From positions 1 through 28,929 of the forward strand of contig JAEOTP010000094.1 of assembly GCA_016839765.1 (NCBI GenBank): a stretch of 28,929 bases of DNA. Reading direction: 5' to 3'. This document shows positions 18,028 to 27,183 of the stretch, piece after piece. The stretch is from Promethearchaeota archaeon. Lineage in GTDB: Archaea > Asgardarchaeota > Lokiarchaeia > Sigyniarchaeales > SOKP01. The notes under the pieces were generated by a model. It did not search any database, was not told the DNA's origin, and was given only the letters and a program-made list of their open reading frames with translations. Position numbers and translations under genes: made by a program. How positions within the stretch are numbered: position 1 is the first letter of the stretch; each line of letters begins with the position of its first letter.

Positions 18028-18487
18028 ATAGTACGTTGTAGTTTGAATTCTTCTTTGTTTCTTAAACCAGTTCTTTTTTATTACATTTTAAAACTCTTTT
18101 TCGTTTAGTAATACAACCCAATTAGAGATAAAATTTTAGATCTATCGAATATCCAACACTAACTTTCAATTGAAGATTTAATTATATAACCTAGATATTC
18201 AACAATTTTATAAAGAAAAATCAACAAGTTTATAAATAAGAAGTTTTACTATATTGTAGGGATATATGAAATACCTGTAAAAATGCTACCAGAATCCCAG
18301 TAAGACACTAGTAGTTCTTAATTTTTTCACCTATTTCATAACCCTTGTATTAATTTATTTATTTCTTAAAATATAAAGCTTTTCTATTTTTCTTTTAATA
18401 TATTTTTTTACTATAAATTTTTACTTTTATAGAATAATTTTACTAAAATTTAAAAATAAGAAAAAATTAAAATTAAATTTTAATTAA

Positions 18488-19675
18488 TTAATCTCTCTGA
18501 CCTAAAATTGTGACCGAACAGACAGTAAAAGCGCCACCTAGATTATGGCATAAACCAATTTTTGCATCAGGAACCTGTCTTCCTTCTGCTCGACCTTGAA
18601 GTTGTTTCGTAATTTCTGTTAACATACGGCACCCAGTAGAACCTATAGGATGACCAAAACTCTTTAAGCCTCCTGAGGGATTTATTGCTATCTCTCCATC
18701 ATAATTAAATGTTCCATTTTTTAATTCTTCTGCAGATTGTCCTCTCTCACAAAATTGCAAGTCTTGACAGTTTAAAAGTTCTGTTATTGTAAAACAATCA
18801 TGAACCTCAGCACAATCAATCTCTTTACGTGGATTGGTTATACCAGCTTCTTTATACGCGTATTCTCCAGCTTTTTCTGTAGCAGGAAAATGCGTAAATT
18901 CCGCACCAGGACCACCAGGGGGAACATACCATGGAAAATTAGTTTGACATGAAATTGCATTTGCTTTTACCAATATGTAATCATCTGCATGTGCATAACT
19001 CTCAGCTAACTCTGGTCTCGTCAGAATTAGAGCCGCTGCTCCATCAGACATAGCACAGCAATCAAATCTTCCAAGTGGATCAGCAATCATAGGTGCTCTC
19101 ATTACTTGATCAATTGTAATCCTACTTCGGAAGTGTGCTTTTGGGTGATCAGCTCCATTATCATGGTTTTTAACGGCTACACGCGCTAAATCTTCTTTTG
19201 TCCAGCCGTATTCGTGAAAACTTCGAGTTGCTGCCATCGAGAACATTGCTGGTGCGGAGGGAGTAGGATACAATGGATGACCAAATATTTTAAATCCTGG
19301 CAACCCGCTACCTCCTTCGTCCATAAGTTTCTCGACTCCACAAGCAAGTGCTACGTCGTATGCTCCTGAAGCTATAGCGAAACTTGCATTTCTAAAAGCA
19401 TCCATTCCCGAGGCGCAGTAATTTTCTACTCTAGTGGATGGTTTTCCATCCATTCTGAGAATGTCTTCAACCATAGCGCCTGAAAGTCCAGTAAAATAAT
19501 AGAAAATCCCAATCCAACTTGCATCAATCTCATCCTTTTCAATTCCAGTATCTTTTAGTGTACTTTGGAATGCTTCGAAAAGTAAGTCGTATTGATTCTT
19601 ATCCCATAATTCTCCATATTTAGTCATATCACAGCCAATGATGGCTACCTTATCTTTAATTCCTTTTCTTACCAT
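18488..19675 (-). CDS. Archaeal/SCP2-type thiolase (acetyl-CoA acetyltransferase)
   Basis: VENYCASG, EVHDCFT, NPSGGLKSFGHPIG, HNLGG; GGAGG SD upstream. Confidence 0.93.
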   Translation of the reverse strand: MVRKGIKDKVAIIGCDMTKYGELWDKNQYDLLFEAFQSTLKDTGIEKDEIDASWIGIFYYFTGLSGAMVEDILRMDGKPSTRVENYCASGMDAFRNASFAIASGAYDVALACGVEKLMDEGGSGLPGFKIFGHPLYPTPSAPAMFSMAATRSFHEYGWTKEDLARVAVKNHDNGADHPKAHFRSRITIDQVMRAPMIADPLGRFDCCAMSDGAAALILTRPELAESYAHADDYILVKANAISCQTNFPWYVPPGGPGAEFTHFPATEKAGEYAYKEAGITNPRKEIDCAEVHDCFTITELLNCQDLQFCERGQSAEELKNGTFNYDGEIAINPSGGLKSFGHPIGSTGCRMLTEITKQLQGRAEGRQVPDAKIGLCHNLGGAFTVCSVTILGQRD

Positions 19676-19691
19676 TTTTTATCTACCTCCT

Positions 19692-21143
19692 TTAAGGTTT
19701 CCCCCTTTCAGGGCGACATTTCCAATAATAATTTTTAAAATCAGCACTTTCATGTTCTTTTCTGAAAGTTAATTCTACTCTCATACCGATTTTCACATTT
19801 TCTTCAGGCTTCTCAATTTCAGTCATATTTAATAAAACTCTTCCACCACCATCAAGATCAATTACACATCTAGGTACAGGTGTATCCAGATAAGTACCTC
19901 CTACTAAATGATCTAAAGTGAATGTAAAGATTGTACCTTTTAAATCAAGCTTAACCCGTTCAAACTGATCATCAGCTCTGCAAATATAGCAGGAGCGGAG
20001 CATATCTGGATATTGGATTGCTCCACATTCTTTACATTTCAAACCATACCATTTATATACGGAAGCTGTATCTCGCCAAATTGTAACAGCTGAGCTTTTT
20101 CTGGTATATCTATCTTTTTCAATTATTTCCTTAAAGTCCAAGAATTTGTTATAATTCTTTAATATAATCATAGATTTTTGATGACCTAAAAATCCCATCC
20201 TATTTTTTCCAAGATCTCTTAGAGCATTTCTATCTCTGACATGCATTAAAATTGCATCTGCTCCATCACCAAAACCAGCCATAATAATTTTAGAGTCTTC
20301 TTTAGGTCTTCTTAAAGCGCCTATCAAGAGCATGAACGGCATTGGTGTACCTACATCTCCTATTTGAAAAAATAGACTATTTTGAGCAACTCCCCCTGGA
20401 TATTTCATCATTTTGGCGATTCTTCCATGTAATCTAGGATTACTATAATAATATGCAGCTGCACCTATATCTTCGGGTTTTAAGTTGTTTCTTTTCAAGA
20501 CTTCAGCCATTACTTTTGTGATATTTTCAATGTAAAATTTAGCATCCATTTTTGGTTCAAAGGTTCGAATAAATTTATCTTTATCAGTTCTTTTCCAAGG
20601 GCCTGTCACATTAGCTGAAACAGAATAATAATCTTCAATTGATAATGGAATATTATCCTCATCAGCAATAAGTAATGCAGCAGCACCATCTGCAAAACCA
20701 TATTCCCACATTGTTGATGGTTCAGGAGTTCGAGTGTCCGCAGCAATAACAAGAATACTTTTGATATCTTTATTAGCTTTTATGGTATCTACAGCTCTAG
20801 TAACTGCCGTTGTACCTGCTTTTAATGAATCAGTAAAATCTGAGGTTATAATATCTTCCCTCATATCTAAAACTGTAGCAATTAATGAAGCCGAATCTTT
20901 TTCTGTATAAACTTGTGTAGTAGATGCAAAAAATAGACCATCTACTGATTTAGGATCATTTCCTGCTAAACAATCTAATCCTGCTTCAACTGCCATAGTA
21001 AGACTATCTTCATCCGCCATTGCTACTGCTTTTGTGCCGGGGACAATAGGAAATTCCCATGCTTTGCCTATTAATTCTCTGGGTAATAAATACTTAGGTA
21101 AATACGCCCCATAAGATTTAATTCCAATCATTTTTTTAACCAC
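19692..21143 (-). CDS. HMG-CoA-synthase-like domain fused to DUF35 (Zn-ribbon + OB-fold)
   Basis: GIKSYGAYLP, DEDSLTMAVEAG, ADGAAA, GFGDGAD; C-terminal KCKECG..QYP...CYIC, GTIFTFT, VIDLDGGGR, IGMRVELTFRK, YYWK. Confidence 0.9.
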   Translation of the reverse strand: MVKKMIGIKSYGAYLPKYLLPRELIGKAWEFPIVPGTKAVAMADEDSLTMAVEAGLDCLAGNDPKSVDGLFFASTTQVYTEKDSASLIATVLDMREDIITSDFTDSLKAGTTAVTRAVDTIKANKDIKSILVIAADTRTPEPSTMWEYGFADGAAALLIADEDNIPLSIEDYYSVSANVTGPWKRTDKDKFIRTFEPKMDAKFYIENITKVMAEVLKRNNLKPEDIGAAAYYYSNPRLHGRIAKMMKYPGGVAQNSLFFQIGDVGTPMPFMLLIGALRRPKEDSKIIMAGFGDGADAILMHVRDRNALRDLGKNRMGFLGHQKSMIILKNYNKFLDFKEIIEKDRYTRKSSAVTIWRDTASVYKWYGLKCKECGAIQYPDMLRSCYICRADDQFERVKLDLKGTIFTFTLDHLVGGTYLDTPVPRCVIDLDGGGRVLLNMTEIEKPEENVKIGMRVELTFRKEHESADFKNYYWKCRPERGKP

Positions 21144-21371
21144 TTTTTTATTTAAAATTTTTATTATATGAAATTGAATTTTAAAGAATAAATATGTTTT
21201 ATGAAATTTTCAAATAAGGATTAATAGAATTCGATCATCAATTTTATCTAAAAAGAACATTATTCTACATATTTGTAGTAGAAATAAAGCATATATGCTA
21301 AGAAGATAAAAGAAACCTTTTAAAATCTAAGGATTTTCAAACTTTTTGTCTAAAGGAATAATGGCAATTTT

Positions 21372-21863
21372 CTATATATTTTCAAACCTTTTCTCTAAAA
21401 CAATTATGATTGGCTTAAATCCTAGCTTTCCAAAAACACTAATTAAAGAATCTAAGTTCTTCATATCATAGGCCATATTAATTCTTACAGAATCGCAACC
21501 CCATGATTTCAGAATTTGAATTGCCCTATCAGCTAAGATCTTTCCAACTCCTTTTCCAATAACTTCTTTTGTAGTAGACCAACTATTTAGATACCCAATA
21601 TATTGTCCTAAATTATTCTTAACGGCTTCTAACATGCCCATTGATACAACTTGACCTGTAGATTTTAATTCTGCTACAAGGGTTATCCGCTTTAGATTGG
21701 GTTTAAACTGCCTTAATCCAGAGGATTCTTTCCATTTTTTTTCATTTAAACCAATATCATACTGATCTTGTAGCTCTTTCAGGATTCCTAATGTTGCCAT
21801 ATAATCAGAAGTTCTATAATTTCTGATAATTATATCATCTTCAGTTAATTTTTCAACTGACAT
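21372..21863 (-). CDS. GNAT-family acetyltransferase
   Basis: IIIRNYRTSD, IGKGVGKIL motif A, FGKLGFK. Confidence 0.8.
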   Translation of the reverse strand: MSVEKLTEDDIIIRNYRTSDYMATLGILKELQDQYDIGLNEKKWKESSGLRQFKPNLKRITLVAELKSTGQVVSMGMLEAVKNNLGQYIGYLNSWSTTKEVIGKGVGKILADRAIQILKSWGCDSVRINMAYDMKNLDSLISVFGKLGFKPIIIVLEKRFENI

Positions 21864-21869
21864 TAAACT

Positions 21870-22922
21870 TTACCTTATACTTTTTATTTTACTCTTTTTT
21901 AAAACATTCAAATCAATTCTTTGAGATAGTAATCTTTCACCACTCTTTTCTTCAATAATAAAAAACAAATATTCATTAATATGAGGAATAATTGGAGAAA
22001 TAAATAAAAGTTCTTCTTTAGGAAACCAGATATCAATATGTTGATTCATTACCTCTTTTTCAAAATACTCTTTAACGTGTGTTATTTTTATATTAACATT
22101 ATTCATTTCGTTTTTATTGTTATTTCTTACTAAAATTTCTATTTCTTCACTATCATCAGTGATTTCTGCTTTGATAATTGAAAACACACCTCTTTTAATA
22201 TAACGGGGCTCAGAGATACTTGATGGATCAAATAATTGAATACTTGAAAAGGAATCTTTATAATCCTTAGTATCAATATGAGCTACATCTATTCCTTTTA
22301 ATGCTAAGTAAGCAATTGCTTTTTGCACCTTTATTGATCTTGTATCTGATTGTTTAATAATATCAGAAAAAAAATGATTGTTGACATCCTCTATTAACTC
22401 TCTTAATTTTGCTTTTTCTAAGCTTCCTTCTTCAATAACTTTCTTAATTTGAGGAGATTTGATTATAGCACTTTGTAGTATCTCAGATTCGATAATTTGA
22501 AATAACTTATCTTCGAAATTCTTCTTGATTTTTTCTGTTATTTCTCTGATCAAATTATCTCCAAAGATTTCAAGTTTGTTAGGTAATGATACAATAATTA
22601 CTATTGTTTCAGGGGTTTGCTCTTCTAGGCCTGCTCTTCTTTTTTTTCTTTTAGATTTTGTTAGGAACTTCTTACCGAAGAAAGTATACCCCTTAAATTC
22701 TAGATCTATATGGTCTAGAGCCTCTTGTTCATCAATTCCTAGAAACCAAATTGGATGGTAACGAATTGGTCTCATATAGTTTTTATCATCCTTAAAACTG
22801 TCATCGGGAAAGATAAGTAATGGAATATGCCCTTGAGCTTCATCAAAATATAAGACATAAACTACTGCTAATTCTTCAAGCGGATTTTTTTCAGCTGTTT
22901 CGGATTTAGGTATTTTAGACAA
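21870..22922 (-). CDS. Hypothetical protein with N-terminal uDENN/longin-like domain and C-terminal beta-sandwich-like domain
   Basis: VYVLYFDEAQGHIPLLIFPDD resembles the uDENN/longin F-x4-G-P-x-P hairpin; C-terminal EIEILVRN...NVNIKI beta pattern. The CDS is well supported; the domain call is tentative. Confidence 0.55.
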   Translation of the reverse strand: MSKIPKSETAEKNPLEELAVVYVLYFDEAQGHIPLLIFPDDSFKDDKNYMRPIRYHPIWFLGIDEQEALDHIDLEFKGYTFFGKKFLTKSKRKKRRAGLEEQTPETIVIIVSLPNKLEIFGDNLIREITEKIKKNFEDKLFQIIESEILQSAIIKSPQIKKVIEEGSLEKAKLRELIEDVNNHFFSDIIKQSDTRSIKVQKAIAYLALKGIDVAHIDTKDYKDSFSSIQLFDPSSISEPRYIKRGVFSIIKAEITDDSEEIEILVRNNNKNEMNNVNIKITHVKEYFEKEVMNQHIDIWFPKEELLFISPIIPHINEYLFFIIEEKSGERLLSQRIDLNVLKKSKIKSIR

Positions 22923-23025
22923 CAGAGACCAAATTTAAATTTTCTTTTATTCTAAAGAATTAAATACTTCCTCTTGTAAAAATTTAATTAAAAAACATAA
23001 TTAAAAATTTAAGTGATATAGAAAA

Positions 23026-24108
23026 ATGATAATCACAGATGTTCAAACTTATGTATTATCACTTGATTTTAAATTTAAGCTTGGAGCAATGATTCCCTTT
23101 AAAGCAACTGGATTATACATTAATATTAAGACTGATGAAGATATTGAAGGATGGGCTTTAGCTCACTGGAATTTAAGTAATGCCGCTCAAAAAGTATTTA
23201 TAGATGAAGCATTAAGGAGGTTCTTATTGAATAAAGATCCATTTATGGTTGAGGATATCTATCATACGCTTTATCATAATACAAATAGAGTAACATTTGG
23301 AATAATGCAATCAACTAGTGCAATCGAAGTTGCCTTATGGGATATAATCGGTAAGGCTTCAAAAAAACCCATTTATCGTCTTTTAGGAGGAATGAAAAAC
23401 AAGATTAGAGCTTATGCTTCTATGCCCCGAGGATATAAACCAAAAGCTGCAGTTGGAGCAGTTCAATCCGCCTTAGATTTAGGAGGTTTTACTGGTGTAA
23501 AATTAAGGATAGGAGGTAGGGGAGGAAAACCTGAAAAAATCATTGAAGAAGTGAGAGATGCATTTCCAGATTTATATCTTATGGTTGATGCTAATTCTAC
23601 CTATTTAACTGTAACTGATGCATTAGAAATAGCAAAAGTTTGTGCTAAAAATCATTTAACTTGGTTAGAAGAACCTATGCCTTCAGATAATCTAAATGGA
23701 TTAGCAAGATTAAGAAATAAATCTCCTATTGAAATTGCTGGCGGAGAGAACGATTTTGGTATTTTTAGATTTGAAGATATTCTGACCAAAGGTTGCTATG
23801 ATATTATTCAGCCAGATGTTACTCGAAGTGGAGGATTCTTACAATGTAAAAAAATTGATGCAATGGCTGAAGTTAAAGGAGTACGTTGTATACCACATAT
23901 ATTTGGCTTTGGGCATATACTCGCAGCAAACCTCCATTTTGTCTTATCTACTCGATGTGATTGGTTAGAATTTCCATTTATCCCCGAAGAATATCAAATA
24001 CTTGAAGATCCAATAAAAGTTGAAAAAGGGATCGTAAAAGCTATTGAAAAACCAGGAATAGGAGTGGAAATCAATAAAAAAATGTTTGAAGAACATGTCC
24101 TAAATTAG
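23026..24108 (+). CDS. Mandelate racemase/muconate-lactonizing enzyme (enolase superfamily)
   Basis: SAIEVALWDIIGK...PIYRLLGG, KLR, metal ligands VDAN/LEEP/GGEN, IIQPD, PH. Confidence 0.93.
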   Translation: MIITDVQTYVLSLDFKFKLGAMIPFKATGLYINIKTDEDIEGWALAHWNLSNAAQKVFIDEALRRFLLNKDPFMVEDIYHTLYHNTNRVTFGIMQSTSAIEVALWDIIGKASKKPIYRLLGGMKNKIRAYASMPRGYKPKAAVGAVQSALDLGGFTGVKLRIGGRGGKPEKIIEEVRDAFPDLYLMVDANSTYLTVTDALEIAKVCAKNHLTWLEEPMPSDNLNGLARLRNKSPIEIAGGENDFGIFRFEDILTKGCYDIIQPDVTRSGGFLQCKKIDAMAEVKGVRCIPHIFGFGHILAANLHFVLSTRCDWLEFPFIPEEYQILEDPIKVEKGIVKAIEKPGIGVEINKKMFEEHVLN

Positions 24109-24216
24109 ATTTTTCAATTTTTAAGTAGATTTTTTTATAAATATATATATTATTAATTCTTGTTGACTTAATTTCTCATAAATTTTCATTTTTATAAAAC
24201 TATAAAGGGTTTTAAA

Positions 24217-25362
24217 ATGCGACCAATTACAATAGAGAAATTTGATTTACTTCTAAGATTTTTACAAGAAAATCAAGTAGATGTTCTGATGATATCTGAT
24301 TTCGAAAATAGTAAGAACATTAACTTACAATATCTCTCTGGGCATCCTACAGACGCATTTCTCTTAGTGACCTCAGATGGAGAATCTATTTTAATTCCAT
24401 GGGATATCTCCTTAGCTGGAAAATGTGCTGAAGTGGATGAAATAGTAGATTTTAGTAATTTTAAATATAATTTTTATTTAACTATAAAAGAAGTAATTAA
24501 AAAAAGATGGAAAAAATCTTCAATAACTGTAGGAGTTCACGAACTTATTCCTTATGGATATATTAGGATGATGATAAATTTAATACCAGAGCTAAAATTT
24601 TTTAAAGAGCCAATTCAAATTACTAAAATCCTTCAGGAATTACGAGCAACAAAAAGTGAATTTGAGATGAAGCAATTAACAAAAGCAGCACAAATAGGGA
24701 CAAAAACAATCAAAGATATCCGTAAATTTTGTGAAAATGCTTCTGATGAGACAGAGAATGATTTATCGTTTTTAGTACGGAAAAAAATGGCAGAATATGG
24801 AGCAGATGATGTAGCTTTTGAAACACTTGTTGCGAATTCTTCTCGCTCTCATGAAATACACCAATATCCCCCTGCAAGCAACCAGAGATTTGCTCTATCA
24901 GGTTTAGCACTAATCGACTTTGGAGCTAACTATCAAGGATACCATTCTGACATTACAGTTCCGATCAGTTTTGGAGAACTATCTAAAGAACAAGAAAAAA
25001 TTCTGGACATAGTCCTTGATTCCTATGAAGTGGCAATAGAAATGATTGATATTGGCGTACTTACTTGGAAAGTTCATGATAGAGTAGAACAAATTCTTAA
25101 GAAAGCAGGATATAGTATGCCATATTCTTTAGGTCATGGATTAGGGCTAACTGTTCATGATTCACCTAGAATAGGTCGGAAGCCTACTGATGAGTATTCA
25201 TTAAAACATTGGAAAGAAGAAACATTTCAAGAGGGAATGGTATTTACTATTGAACCGGGTATAATCAAGCAAGGCGTTGGAGGTACTAGGCTTGAGAATG
25301 ATATAATGATTCGAAACGGGAAAATAGAGGTTATTACTAAAGCTGAATATATTCAATATTAG
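24217..25362 (+). CDS. Xaa-Pro aminopeptidase/prolidase (M24)
   Basis: LRATKSEFE, IDFGANYQGYHSDIT, LGHGLGLTVHD, FTIEPG, RLENDI. Confidence 0.93.
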   Translation: MRPITIEKFDLLLRFLQENQVDVLMISDFENSKNINLQYLSGHPTDAFLLVTSDGESILIPWDISLAGKCAEVDEIVDFSNFKYNFYLTIKEVIKKRWKKSSITVGVHELIPYGYIRMMINLIPELKFFKEPIQITKILQELRATKSEFEMKQLTKAAQIGTKTIKDIRKFCENASDETENDLSFLVRKKMAEYGADDVAFETLVANSSRSHEIHQYPPASNQRFALSGLALIDFGANYQGYHSDITVPISFGELSKEQEKILDIVLDSYEVAIEMIDIGVLTWKVHDRVEQILKKAGYSMPYSLGHGLGLTVHDSPRIGRKPTDEYSLKHWKEETFQEGMVFTIEPGIIKQGVGGTRLENDIMIRNGKIEVITKAEYIQY

Positions 25363-25366
25363 GATT

Positions 25367-26179
25367 ATGAATAATAGTAAAGATTGGTATGAAGTCATTA
25401 AACAGAAAGAATATCTATATGTGATTCGAGAAAAATTAGATAAAATTGAACCAAGATTTTTAACCAAGTATATAAACATATTTTTATTATTAGGTCATCA
25501 TATTGCGTTATTAATTGATACTGGCAGTGGTCTACTCCCCTTGAAGCCTGTTATTGATAAACTTATAGGAGACAGGAAGCTTATGGTGATAAATACTCAT
25601 TCTCATTTCGATCATAGAGGAAGTAATAGTGAATTTGAAAAGATATATATTCATGAAAATGAAGTACGTGAGATCTCAACTCCATTTGATGTTTCATTTC
25701 TTAAAGAAACACCAAATCAAATCGTTAAACTATATCAAGAGAAGAATTTTAAACTTCCTGCTGCTAATAACGTTCAACCATTAAAAGATGGAGCAGAATT
25801 TAACTTAAACGGAATTCGAATTAAAGTTATTCACACTCCAGGCCACTCCAATGGTTCTATCTGTCTTATAACGAATAAAGGAGACCTTTTTACAGGAGAT
25901 ACAGCACATTACGGTTCTATGTATTTACCTATAAAAGAAGAATTTCCAATTATTCTTAAGAGCCTATATAAACTAATAAAGCAATTTGATTCAAATGAAA
26001 GTTTGCAACTCTATCCCTCTCATGAAGAATATGCTGTAGACAAAAAGCTTCTAATAAGACTATATAAAGGCATCCAAAATATAGAGAATATATGGGAAAC
26101 ACGAACTTATGATGATTTTCTTGAGTGTTTTATTCTAAAAGATGAAAATTTTAGATATGTCATTCAAAAAAGTTATTGA
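25367..26179 (+). CDS. Metallo-beta-lactamase fold hydrolase
   Basis: LIDTG, THSHFDH, HTPGHS, FTGD, PSH. Confidence 0.92.
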   Translation: MNNSKDWYEVIKQKEYLYVIREKLDKIEPRFLTKYINIFLLLGHHIALLIDTGSGLLPLKPVIDKLIGDRKLMVINTHSHFDHRGSNSEFEKIYIHENEVREISTPFDVSFLKETPNQIVKLYQEKNFKLPAANNVQPLKDGAEFNLNGIRIKVIHTPGHSNGSICLITNKGDLFTGDTAHYGSMYLPIKEEFPIILKSLYKLIKQFDSNESLQLYPSHEEYAVDKKLLIRLYKGIQNIENIWETRTYDDFLECFILKDENFRYVIQKSY

Positions 26180-26220
26180 GTTCAGTAGTAGTTTAGTATA
26201 TATACAAAGGAATTTTATAA

Positions 26221-27183
26221 GTGATTATAATGAAAAGTCCAATTATTCAAACATTTGATTTAACTAAAATATTTGATAACCAGACAGTTGCTGTTAATAA
26301 ATTGAATATAACAGTATATAAGGGCATCTATGGTTTTTTAGGCCCGAATGGAGCTGGAAAAACAACAACAATAAAAATGTTAATTGGATCTCTTTATCCG
26401 ACATCAGGACGAATTGAACTATTCGGAAAAGATATTTTTAGTAAAGATAAAGTAAAAATACACACACTTATAGGATATGTACCTGAAAATCCTACATATT
26501 TTCTAGGAATGACAGCTGAGAGATTACTTGAATTTATTGGTTCTGTTTTTCATATGCCTAAACAAGAGATAAAAACGCGTATATCATACCTATTAAAACT
26601 CGTTGATTTAACGGATGCAAGATATCGTGTAATCGCAAAATATTCTGCCGGGATGAAACAAAGAATTGGAATTGCTCAAGCTTTGATGAATGATCCTGAA
26701 TTATTAATTCTTGATGAGATTACGTCTAATCTTGATCCCCTTGGTCGAAATCAAATGATTGAATTACTTAAAGATTTACGGCAAGAGGGAAAAACTATGT
26801 TAATTTCAACGCATGTTCTTCCAGAAATCCAAAAAATGAATGCAGATTCAATTGGGATTATTGATCTAGGCCATCTTATTATGGAAGGCACTATTCAAGA
26901 ATTAAATGAAAGATTAGGAACAAAATTGATTAGAATCAACCCTAATAATGAAATAATCCGTAGATCTCTTGAGCCAATTGTTTCAAAAATTACAGAAGAA
27001 CCTGATTCATTAATAATTGAAGCTGATAATTTGGAGCAAGTCTGGAAAACTATCGCAGAAATTTCATTAAAAAACAATATAGTTGTTAATGAGTTTCGAT
27101 CCTCTGGATTAGAAATTGAACAAATTTTTATGAAAGCATTGGAAAAAGAAAATAAAAACATGGAGTTGAAGGACGTTGAATAA
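26221..27183 (+). CDS. ABC-2-type transporter ATP-binding protein
   Basis: GPNGAGKTT, YSAGMKQR, LILDE, STH. Confidence 0.95.
   Translation: MIIMKSPIIQTFDLTKIFDNQTVAVNKLNITVYKGIYGFLGPNGAGKTTTIKMLIGSLYPTSGRIELFGKDIFSKDKVKIHTLIGYVPENPTYFLGMTAERLLEFIGSVFHMPKQEIKTRISYLLKLVDLTDARYRVIAKYSAGMKQRIGIAQALMNDPELLILDEITSNLDPLGRNQMIELLKDLRQEGKTMLISTHVLPEIQKMNADSIGIIDLGHLIMEGTIQELNERLGTKLIRINPNNEIIRRSLEPIVSKITEEPDSLIIEADNLEQVWKTIAEISLKNNIVVNEFRSSGLEIEQIFMKALEKENKNMELKDVE

Noticed and set aside
18255-18320. Possible structured RNA (GGGAT...ATCCC) between the LRR-TIR and thiolase genes
   Set aside because: Only a 5-bp stem, and no match to an RNA family I recognise
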